DNA from: a virus
Lineage: Duplodnaviria > Caudoviricetes
Virus record (IMG/VR): IMGVR_UViG_3300020045_008227
Location: 1 to 25,548 of that record
Reading direction: 5' to 3' (one strand)
DNA: 25,548 nt
In this document: positions 1-7,409 of the stretch, in pieces
Layout: every line of letters starts with the position of its first letter
Numbering within the stretch: the stretch's first letter is position 1
The notes under the pieces: generated by a model
Database searches by the model: none
What the model saw: only the letters and a program-made list of their open reading frames with translations
Told to the model about the DNA's origin: nothing
Translations under genes and position numbers: made by a program

Positions 1-104
1 TGAGTATCTATATATTTTTGATCTATAGAATCAGAATCAGTACCCCCACTTATGGAAGTAGTGTTTTTTACTTGCTCGGCTGTTATGAAAAGTTTTGTTG
101 TCAT
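1..104 (-). CDS. Head-tail adaptor/connector-like protein, truncated by window edge
   Basis: Not in ORF track. ATG at 104 overlaps the portal TGA (ATGA). Hand translation MTTKLFITAEQVKNTTSISGGTDSDSIDQKYIDT resembles the N-terminus of the protein that follows the portal in Bacteroidota phages. Confidence 0.6.
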   Translation of the reverse strand, partial: MTTKLFITAEQVKNTTSISGGTDSDSIDQKYIDT

Positions 105-1252
105 GTTGTTGGTGGTGTTTTTTGTTCGTCAACTTTTCTGAATTCTTCAAAATCTACAAACTCCAGTTTCACGGCTGGATCAATCAGTTTGAATAATTTT
201 GTCAAACCATCCAAAACAACTTTTCGAAGCGGATTTATATTTCTTCGGTAAAGATCTTTGGTTGCTACTATTCTTTCGTCTGCATTGCTAGAAAATCCGC
301 TTGCATCACTTGATCCAGAATAAAGTATTTTAGGTACCGAATGCCCTACGATAATTTTTCTCTCACACTCTTCTGCAAAAAATACATTTTGTTGGTTTAG
401 GTTAGGTGTTTCTACTTGATCTATCGTTGTGGCGTCTAAAGCGTCAGAGTTGTAAGATACAACTACATGATGTTTTGGAGAACCTCCTGTATAATCTTTT
501 TTTATCTGTTCCGCTTTTTTCTTTTTTACATCTTCAGAAGCTGCACCTTGCTTTCCTCCGTTGAAATTTATTACAGTAGTAATTTTGTTTTCAAACTGAA
601 AATGTGTTTTTGTGTTCTGTCCCAGAAATCCTTCAGCAATACAGTAATTAATACAGCTGAAATAATCTGGCAAAGGAAAGAATTTGTTTTTTGTGATTCT
701 TTGTACTATTACGATCTCAACACCGCCTTGATAGGTACCATCGAATTTTTTACAAGGCACTGGCGTGTATGTTCCAGATTGCGCCCAATCCCATGAATAC
801 CAATAACCCACGACTTTTGGGTGTACAGTTCTGTAATCCAGTTCGACTGCAAAATTTTCAATAGGGATGTACTCGAACTTCAATAATTTACGTTCTTTTT
901 CGCTATCGTTCCAAATGGCTTGTAAAGCATAACCTCCCATCATCTTAGTGTCTAAGCAAATCAATTCCTGATCGTCTGGACTGATATATTTTGAAATATT
1001 TAAATCAGAACCCACGTTTACAATTCCATCAGCATACATGAAATTTACAAAAGAACTTATGATACTTTGATTAGTTGGTGAATCGTCATAAGCGTCACGA
1101 AGCGTTTTGTAATTTGAATTATTAAATCCATTAGTAACGGCATTTACTCCGTTTTGGGTCATTAATGGATTTATGTCAATAGGTTGCCACGCTGACATTT
1201 TTACAACTTCTTCAGCGAAGGAAAAAACATTTTCTTCTTTACTTACTTCCAT
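101..1252 (-). CDS. Phage portal protein
   Basis: 383 aa with YDDSPTNQSII, FPLPDY, and IIVGHSVP..L..GFSSNADE motifs typical of Bacteroidota siphophage portals. Lies in the structural operon. Confidence 0.85.
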   Translation of the reverse strand: MEVSKEENVFSFAEEVVKMSAWQPIDINPLMTQNGVNAVTNGFNNSNYKTLRDAYDDSPTNQSIISSFVNFMYADGIVNVGSDLNISKYISPDDQELICLDTKMMGGYALQAIWNDSEKERKLLKFEYIPIENFAVELDYRTVHPKVVGYWYSWDWAQSGTYTPVPCKKFDGTYQGGVEIVIVQRITKNKFFPLPDYFSCINYCIAEGFLGQNTKTHFQFENKITTVINFNGGKQGAASEDVKKKKAEQIKKDYTGGSPKHHVVVSYNSDALDATTIDQVETPNLNQQNVFFAEECERKIIVGHSVPKILYSGSSDASGFSSNADERIVATKDLYRRNINPLRKVVLDGLTKLFKLIDPAVKLEFVDFEEFRKVDEQKTPPTT

Positions 1253-1548
1253 CTTTTTGTGTTTTGTGACTGGTTAGTGTAGTTTTGTATATCGGTGTCG
1301 TTTGCAACGAAAATCATTTTTCCTTTGTAAACGATTTCGGAATTTCTTGTTAATGTAAATGAGTAGGTAGTTCCTTGTATAAAGCCTGTAGTTTCTTCAA
1401 TGGTAACTACCATTGTGTTTTTTACTATTTCCCAAGTAATAGGAATCATCGCCCCATCGTCCAATGTGAAAATTAAGTCGTCTGTAATTTCAGGATAAAA
1501 TCTAGGAACCAATTCTATAACAGGAATAGCTTCTGTAACTACTTTCAT
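1243..1548 (-). CDS. Hypothetical structural protein (beta-rich)
   Basis: Track start 1575 lies inside the terminator hairpin, so ATG at 1548 (MKVVTE...) is preferred. Overlaps the portal start. Confidence 0.6.
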   Translation of the reverse strand: MKVVTEAIPVIELVPRFYPEITDDLIFTLDDGAMIPITWEIVKNTMVVTIEETTGFIQGTTYSFTLTRNSEIVYKGKMIFVANDTDIQNYTNQSQNTKRWK

Positions 1549-1561
1549 TTGTATTTTTATT

Positions 1562-1590
1562 AAAAAAGGGCGCAATTATACGCCCTTTTA
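1562..1590. terminator. Intrinsic terminator (bidirectional-looking) after tail tube gene
   Basis: AAAAAAGGGCG-caattata-CGCCCTTTT inverted repeat with T tracts on both strands. Confidence 0.75.
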
Positions 1591-1610
1591 TTTATAATCT
1601 AAAGCACGTG

Positions 1611-2180
1611 TTAATATGCCATTGTAGAGCCTAATACTTGAGCTACAGCTGGGGCAGTAAGCCAGAATTTACGGAAAGAATCGGCTTCATCTGTATCTAT
1701 AGTAATAGTCACACCGTTCAAATCCCCGTCCTGTCCTCCTGTAGTATCTACAGCAGTAGAAACCATGCATCCAAATTGTGAACCAATGGCGAAAAAGTCA
1801 CCGTTTTTCATTTCCAAGATACCTACAAACTCAGTTTTTGTCAACTGGTCAACAATTTCAGATAAAACCGTATTGTCTAACCCTGTTGCAGAAACTAATA
1901 CTAAAGGCAATTGTCCTTTTCTACCTCCTGAACGTGTGTCCATGTTGTTAGTAAGAGTATCGGTGTAGTTCGAAGTGGTATTTTTCACGTCAAATCTAGC
2001 CAATTTTGCGCCAGCTGGAAGCGTGGCTGTAAGCATATAATCAGGAAGAGTGACAACACCTCCCGAAGTGGTAACGACTCTATTTAACGGGTCATACTTG
2101 ACGATCGAAATAGATTTAATACCTACTTTTTTCGTTACGCAATTAAGATTACGTGATTTTGTTAATAAAATTTCGCACAT
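1611..2180 (-). CDS. Major tail (tube) protein, probable
   Basis: 189 aa. MC....SR.LNC....GIK N-terminus and ILEMKNG.FFAIG..G...TGG..GDLNG.TIT pattern match the Bacteroidota phage structural family found directly after the MCP. Confidence 0.65.
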   Translation of the reverse strand: MCEILLTKSRNLNCVTKKVGIKSISIVKYDPLNRVVTTSGGVVTLPDYMLTATLPAGAKLARFDVKNTTSNYTDTLTNNMDTRSGGRKGQLPLVLVSATGLDNTVLSEIVDQLTKTEFVGILEMKNGDFFAIGSQFGCMVSTAVDTTGGQDGDLNGVTITIDTDEADSFRKFWLTAPAVAQVLGSTMAY

Positions 2181-2197
2181 ATCATTTAAGGTATTAA

Positions 2198-2215
2198 AGG
2201 GCTGTTTCCAGCCCT
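2198..2215 (-). terminator. Stable hairpin / weak terminator after major capsid gene
   Basis: AGGGCTG-GAAA-CAGCCCT on the minus strand (GNRA loop) with only a short U tract. Confidence 0.55.
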
Positions 2216-2224
2216 GTTATTTTT

Positions 2225-3244
2225 TTAAGAGTACAACACGTTACGAGCTTGATTCATAACAGCGTGATTGTAAGCATACACATTTTTGAAATACGTATGA
2301 TCTGAACCGTTAGCCATTTTTCCAATTTCCATGAAGTTTGATTCTTGATTAGCAGCATCAGCATTGATAAACAAAGCTTTTGAAGGGTGTCCAATCAATA
2401 CGTTAGCTGGTAAGCTTACGAATGAAACTGGTACACCGTTATAAGTCACTTTCTCCCCGTTGATAACGAAGTTTGGTTCAATTGTTGCACCTCTCAATTT
2501 ATTAGATTGAATCGCGAATTGCAAGTGATTCAATGGTGCTTCGATAACGTAAGGGTGTTCCGTATCAGACAAAACCTCAGCTGGAATCTTCGCATATACT
2601 TTCGCATACTCAGCGTCAATATTTGCAGCTGTGATAGTAGTACCATCAACTTTCAAATACTCTCCCAAACTTGCAACTGCATTAGCTCTGAAAGTGTTGT
2701 ACACTACAGTGGCAAAAAAACCATCACGCAAAGATGTTGGTAAAGCTGCAATTTTTGCTTGAGTAGCTGCGGAAATAGATCCCTGACCAGCTCCAGGAAC
2801 TAACAAAGCTACAGCTGCTTTGGTTGCAGTTGTCGCGCCTTGCCAACGATTAATTCGTTGTTGGTTCGATATAGCTTCAGAAAACACTTTCGTAGCCAAA
2901 TTAATGAATTGCTGTGAGTTGTAATTTTCAGCCCCTAATTTCATGTCTCCAGCAAAGATCGTGTTACGCAAAGTGTTTTGCTTTACAATCTGCTCGTACT
3001 GAGTCACTGCATAATAGATCTTGTTGTCTACAAGAGCCAATGTAGTATCGTCTGTAACAGCATCACCAGTATAGGCTTTTTCTGTAACTGTTTGGCTTGC
3101 TTCAGTCCAAACAGAGCCTTCTTTTTCCCCAGGTTCAAAACCTACATATCCATCTGCAATAGATGAATCTTTTAATAAAATTGCCGTTTGAAAAGGCAAA
3201 ATCTGCGCACCTCTAACGGTGACTTTTGAATAAGCTAAAGCCAT
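2225..3244 (-). CDS. Major capsid protein
   Basis: 339 aa, downstream of protease/scaffold and followed by a hairpin. C-terminal YNGVPVSFV.LP.N motif fits HK97-fold MCPs. Confidence 0.75.
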   Translation of the reverse strand: MALAYSKVTVRGAQILPFQTAILLKDSSIADGYVGFEPGEKEGSVWTEASQTVTEKAYTGDAVTDDTTLALVDNKIYYAVTQYEQIVKQNTLRNTIFAGDMKLGAENYNSQQFINLATKVFSEAISNQQRINRWQGATTATKAAVALLVPGAGQGSISAATQAKIAALPTSLRDGFFATVVYNTFRANAVASLGEYLKVDGTTITAANIDAEYAKVYAKIPAEVLSDTEHPYVIEAPLNHLQFAIQSNKLRGATIEPNFVINGEKVTYNGVPVSFVSLPANVLIGHPSKALFINADAANQESNFMEIGKMANGSDHTYFKNVYAYNHAVMNQARNVLYS

Positions 3245-3247
3245 ATT

Positions 3248-3616
3248 TTATTTATTTTTAAGATACAATTTATAATCAGTTTCGATTCTTTTTACTTCTT
3301 CTTCTGGAAGTCTGTCGCCTACGTAATCAGAAAGCTCTTCACCGTCAAGGATCGACTCTAATTCTTTGTAGTTTACAGAATACGGAGAAACCCAGTCAGC
3401 AGCTTCTGCTTCTTCGACTTCTTCTGGTTTTACAGCTAATGGCTCGCCAGATAAATTAACAGCCATTTGAGCAGTTATTTCTTCTGGAGTTCCTGTTTCT
3501 ATAATCAGTGCAGCTGTAGAAGTATTTTGTACTTCCGGTTTTGGACACACTTTTTCAGTAGCCAATTTTGCAGCAGCTTCTGCTTTTCTCTGCTCGTTAT
3601 ATTTTGCTAAGGACAT
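3248..3616 (-). CDS. Hypothetical acidic head-associated protein
   Basis: 122 aa, E/A-rich, between scaffold and MCP. Overlaps the protease end by 20 nt. Confidence 0.6.
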   Translation of the reverse strand: MSLAKYNEQRKAEAAAKLATEKVCPKPEVQNTSTAALIIETGTPEEITAQMAVNLSGEPLAVKPEEVEEAEAADWVSPYSVNYKELESILDGEELSDYVGDRLPEEEVKRIETDYKLYLKNK

Positions 3617-5024
3617 CTGCTAAGAATTTAGAATGCTTTACATCGGCATCGGTTAATACTACTGTTTGTTTCGGTTGATCTGCTAAGCTTTGGCTCGACA
3701 TTTTTACAACCTTGTAAGCCTCGAAAGATTTTTCAACATCTACCAACTGAGCCGACATAAGTACAGCATCATTTTTGTAAGTAGCTACTTCGGCTTCCAA
3801 GTCAGAAACCTTTTTCTTAAGCTCTTCGTTTTCAGCTTTCAATGTTTCAAGCTCTTTTTCTTTGTCGGCTTCTCCGCCCCCAGCTTCCTCTGCTGCTTTG
3901 GTTGCGTCAGATGCTGCTTTTGCAGCTTCTTCTTCTTCGGCTGTCATTTCAGTAGTCTTAGCTGCTTCTTCAGCTGCCAATTCATCCGCTGTTTTTTCTG
4001 GCTTTTCTTCATCAGAAGCCGCTGACATTATTACGTTAGCTAAATGTTTAGCAAACTCTAATGGTGTTCTTTTCATAATTGATTTATTAAATTTAATATT
4101 GACTTCCTCTTCAGCATCTAAATGACCTTCGATTGAAAGCCCTTGCAAAAGATTATTTTTTATTTTTTCAAGTACTTCTGGATTATCAGCTTTATAGCCC
4201 ATAATCCAAGTTCCAACTTTCTGCAATGGCATTCCAAGAGCTTTACTTTTGTCGTTCTCTGGGTTTTTTACTATCCAGCTTTCAACAGGGTAAACACCGT
4301 CAGTATTTTCTTTTTCGTGATCTATATTTGTACCTGAATTCCCGCATTGTCTGAAGTAGTTGTTTGCTAATTGCTCAACTGTATCAACATCATAATATAC
4401 TTGGAACTTTTCGCCTGTCTTTTCGTCTATCCTGTCAATGCGTAAATCTGGAATCATTACAGGAGCGTAGAAAATTCCTTTTACTTCTTGCGATGCCATT
4501 TCAACAGGCTTTCCGTCAATCAAATCACGAAAACGATCTTCATTATTCAATATTAAATTGTAATCCTTCAGCTCACTTGAATTAACCCAAGCCAAATCCT
4601 GATGTTCGTCACCTAGTTTAACCTCATTTGTAGGAGTTCCTGAAAAATAATGAGAGGTTGTATTATCATCGTTCACAACTTCGCCTAAACTCTTCACGCT
4701 TTCAGGATTAATAATAATTCCGCATTCTTCTAAACATTCTCTAACTGATCCCGATTTCGTAGTTTCTCCCGGCATCACTTTGCCACCAGGAAAGCCCCAT
4801 TTGTTAGGCTCGAATTCACAAGTTGGATTACGTTTCAAAATCAAAACCTTTCCTTCTGGGTTAATAACTAACATATCTGCATATGTAGTTATTGGAGCGT
4901 CTCCTGTTTCTAAATAAGCAGACATCAAAACCAAATCACCTTCACCTACAGCAGGTTTTGGAACGACAGAAATTCTGAAAACTCCAGCCTTGTTAGGGTT
5001 ATATTTATATTTTAATATTTTCAT
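3597..5024 (-). CDS. Prohead protease (XkdF-like)/scaffold polyprotein with inserted Nudix hydrolase domain
   Basis: Protease-like motifs GVFRISVV.KPAV, APVMIPD..I.R, TNIDH, VESWIV, GTWIMG, GLSIEG. Complete Nudix box GKVMPGETTKSGSVRECLEECGI. Acidic coiled-coil C-terminus. ATG 5024 preferred to the track TTG 5039. Confidence 0.85.
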   Translation of the reverse strand: MKILKYKYNPNKAGVFRISVVPKPAVGEGDLVLMSAYLETGDAPITTYADMLVINPEGKVLILKRNPTCEFEPNKWGFPGGKVMPGETTKSGSVRECLEECGIIINPESVKSLGEVVNDDNTTSHYFSGTPTNEVKLGDEHQDLAWVNSSELKDYNLILNNEDRFRDLIDGKPVEMASQEVKGIFYAPVMIPDLRIDRIDEKTGEKFQVYYDVDTVEQLANNYFRQCGNSGTNIDHEKENTDGVYPVESWIVKNPENDKSKALGMPLQKVGTWIMGYKADNPEVLEKIKNNLLQGLSIEGHLDAEEEVNIKFNKSIMKRTPLEFAKHLANVIMSAASDEEKPEKTADELAAEEAAKTTEMTAEEEEAAKAASDATKAAEEAGGGEADKEKELETLKAENEELKKKVSDLEAEVATYKNDAVLMSAQLVDVEKSFEAYKVVKMSSQSLADQPKQTVVLTDADVKHSKFLADVLSKI

Positions 5025-5037
5025 ATTATATAAACGC

Positions 5038-5070
5038 AAAAAGCCCGCACGTAATTAAACGTGCAGGGTT
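5038..5070 (-). terminator. Terminator/attenuator-like hairpin in head-operon leader
   Basis: CCCTGCACGT-TTAATT-ACGTGCGGG followed by CTTTTT, ending about 13 nt before the protease ATG. Confidence 0.6.
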
Positions 5071-5124
5071 GTTCTGTAATATGTATTTAACCTTTGTTAT
5101 CACAACAATAGTTTTTATTTAAAG

Positions 5125-5132
5125 CAAATGTA
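5125..5132 (-). promoter_or_regulatory. Bacteroidota -7 promoter box (head operon)
   Basis: TACATTTG matches TAnnTTTG and lies just downstream of a terminator. Confidence 0.6.
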
Positions 5133-5135
5133 AAT

Positions 5136-5165
5136 AAAAAAAGCGACACTTTTACATGTCGCTTT
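5136..5165 (-). terminator. Intrinsic terminator after 60-aa gene
   Basis: AAAGCGACA-tgtaaaag-TGTCGCTTT plus a long T tract. Confidence 0.75.
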
Positions 5166-5198
5166 AAAAAAAAAGATTTCCCCAAATCTAACGAAAAC

Positions 5199-5381
5199 CT
5201 ACTTTCGTTTTTCTTTCTTCTTGTCATCCAAGAAATTCGCTATATCCGCATCATGTACCATCGATAGCCTTTCTGGTATCGATAACCCGCCTTGCCTTTT
5301 TTCAAATCTGCATTTCCTTTTATTTGATAGCAGATAATTTCCAAAATCTACTAAATCTTTTTTGTTAAAATACGTTACCAT
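5199..5381 (-). CDS. Small phage protein of unknown function
   Basis: 60 aa MVTYFNKKDLVDFGNYLLS...VHDADIANF. A-rich initiation region, own promoter-like box and terminator. Confidence 0.7.
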   Translation of the reverse strand: MVTYFNKKDLVDFGNYLLSNKRKCRFEKRQGGLSIPERLSMVHDADIANFLDDKKKEKRK

Positions 5382-5443
5382 TTTCTTTATGTTTCATGGT
5401 TTATCCCTACTCGTTAGCTTTTCGGGTTCCGCTTTTCGAATCG

Positions 5444-5451
5444 CTAATGTA
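5444..5451 (-). promoter_or_regulatory. Variant -7 promoter box for 60-aa gene
   Basis: TACATTAG, one mismatch to TAnnTTTG, right after the tape-measure stop. Confidence 0.4.
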
Positions 5452-5455
5452 CGAA

Positions 5456-7405
5456 TTAAAAACTATTATTCAATTCTTTTTTTCTATCAATTTCCTGTTG
5501 ATCTGTCACGGCCTGCGAAACTACGAAAGCTTGTATAGGCGGTTGGTCTTTCTGCTGCTTAGCAATAGATGTACTTATTTGATTTTCACTGCTAGACTGA
5601 AATCCTACTTGCGCAACATTCCTAGAGGGTGACTGTGAAGCACCGCCTGCTGGCGAAGGCGCAGACCCACCCCCAACAGCTTGCAAAGCCTTTGAAGTAT
5701 TTGAAATTATAGAAGCTATTCCAAGAGCTCCAGTAGCTAAATGAACTCCAGACCAAGGAAGGCCGAAAGTAAGCGGACTTGCGGCATTATCTTTAGAAAT
5801 TGCTTCAACTGTATTAATACCAACTTTACCCATAGATACAGCACTATCCGCAACTATGATTCCTTTTTGTATTTTTTTGTTCTTACCAAATAAATCATTC
5901 GCTGCATTAATAGCAGCATTGCCTAAAGCATTTAAAGAATCGGATTCGGCTTGTTTTATCGCTAGTTTTTTATCTGCTAACTCTTTATCCCTTGCTATTG
6001 ATTTTTCAGCTTCAGCAGCAAAGAAATCATTATTATCTTTCTCTTTTTTTATCTCAGCGTTGGTCCTATCTTCTTCGTCTTTTGTTATTTGCTCACCTTG
6101 AGCCGTGATGTTTGCCTGTCTGTCCTCAAATTCTTTTGTTTGATTAGCGTCTGCTAGTTCAATCATTTTTAAACGAAAAGCTGCTTCTTCTGCGAGACGT
6201 TTTGCGTTTGCGTCTTTCTGTGCTTGTAGGGCTTTTTCTTGAGCGTCTAATTCTTTTTTGGTAGCCTCGTTTCTAGCATCTGTTTTGGCTTGTTCTAATG
6301 CAACCTCGTGATTGTTTTGTAGTGAAATCAAACTATCATAGCCAGCAGACACCATTTGCTTTGCCTTTTCCAGATTTTCCCTAGCATTCTTCAAAGCAGT
6401 TTCTGTAAACTCAGAAGGATTATCCCTGTTTTGCTCATAAGCACGTTGCTCCAATATCAAAGCTTCTGCCCTGTAATTCTTTGCGAGTTGCAGTTCTTGA
6501 CTAGCCAAAGCAGCTGTTTCTTTATATATCTGCGCTTCACTTGCTCCAGAAGCTTTGAGTAAATCAAGCTTATGCTTGTTCTGTGCTGATAGGTATTTGC
6601 TGTTATTTTCGTAAGATTTTGCCTGTTGGTCTATGGCTTGTGTAAGTTGTAGACTGGCAAATCTTAATTTTTCCTCTTCTTTCTCTGCATCACTGGTAAC
6701 TTTTATGTATGTATAAATAATAGCAATCAAGGCCACTACAGCGGCAGCAATGGCAACAGCTGGATTGGCCAAAAGAGCGGCGTTAAATGACCATGTAGCA
6801 ACAGTGGCTTCACCTTCAGCAACTGTCAAAGCTTGTGTAGTTCCAATTTCTACAACCTCAGCAGCTGTCTTAGCTTTTTTTGCAGCAGTCAAAACTTCAT
6901 AAGCATCAGTAATGCCAGCCACTGCGCTAGTGACTCCAAGTATAGCCTGTGCAGATCCTATCACAGAATCAAGAGCTTTGCTTTCTATTCCGACCGCTGC
7001 TAATCCATCTTTAACACCACCCAAAGCAATAGCTGCTAATCCAGCCGTTTGGGTTAATCCCCTGAATTTTTCGTCTGGATTATAAGATTTTACTAAATCT
7101 TTTTGAAACTGCATCTCATCGCTAATCATAGCAACTTTTTTCGCTGCATCGGTAGCCTGTACGGAAGTAGCACCGTATTGCTGAGCTAGTTTTTGCTGTG
7201 CAACCGTAGCTTCTTTTAGCTGTTGCTTGTAACTCTTGAATTGCTCTTCAGATTTTTTAACCTCTTTGGTATTGGCAGTTGTAGCTGTAGTGCTTTCTGT
7301 TATTTTTGTGTTTAGTTTGCCTATATCACTGGTAGCTTCGTCAGCTCCTTTATCAGTGACTACTATGTCAATATTCTGCCTAATTGGTTCTAATTCGTCC
7401 GCCAT
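5456..7405 (-). CDS. Tail tape measure protein
   Basis: 649 aa, Ala/Lys/Glu-rich helical, with hydrophobic ALLANP.AIAAAVVALIAII segment, coiled coils and C-terminal IQAFVV..VT..Q motif. Confidence 0.85.
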   Translation of the reverse strand: MADELEPIRQNIDIVVTDKGADEATSDIGKLNTKITESTTATTANTKEVKKSEEQFKSYKQQLKEATVAQQKLAQQYGATSVQATDAAKKVAMISDEMQFQKDLVKSYNPDEKFRGLTQTAGLAAIALGGVKDGLAAVGIESKALDSVIGSAQAILGVTSAVAGITDAYEVLTAAKKAKTAAEVVEIGTTQALTVAEGEATVATWSFNAALLANPAVAIAAAVVALIAIIYTYIKVTSDAEKEEEKLRFASLQLTQAIDQQAKSYENNSKYLSAQNKHKLDLLKASGASEAQIYKETAALASQELQLAKNYRAEALILEQRAYEQNRDNPSEFTETALKNARENLEKAKQMVSAGYDSLISLQNNHEVALEQAKTDARNEATKKELDAQEKALQAQKDANAKRLAEEAAFRLKMIELADANQTKEFEDRQANITAQGEQITKDEEDRTNAEIKKEKDNNDFFAAEAEKSIARDKELADKKLAIKQAESDSLNALGNAAINAANDLFGKNKKIQKGIIVADSAVSMGKVGINTVEAISKDNAASPLTFGLPWSGVHLATGALGIASIISNTSKALQAVGGGSAPSPAGGASQSPSRNVAQVGFQSSSENQISTSIAKQQKDQPPIQAFVVSQAVTDQQEIDRKKELNNSF

Positions 7406-7409
7406 CTTT

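Noticed and set aside
41-60. Weak hairpin TACTTCCA-TAAG-TGGGGGTA as a portal terminator
   Set aside because: No U tract, and it lies inside the coupled downstream CDS starting at 104.
4512-4892. Intein interpretation of the protease insertion
   Set aside because: No N-terminal Cys/Ser block or C-terminal His-Asn motif. The insert is a clear Nudix domain.
5398-5443. Assignment of the leader to a known riboswitch or ribozyme class (SAM-II, preQ1, HDV-like)
   Set aside because: I cannot match the consensus nucleotides of these classes by eye. Kept only as an unnamed candidate.
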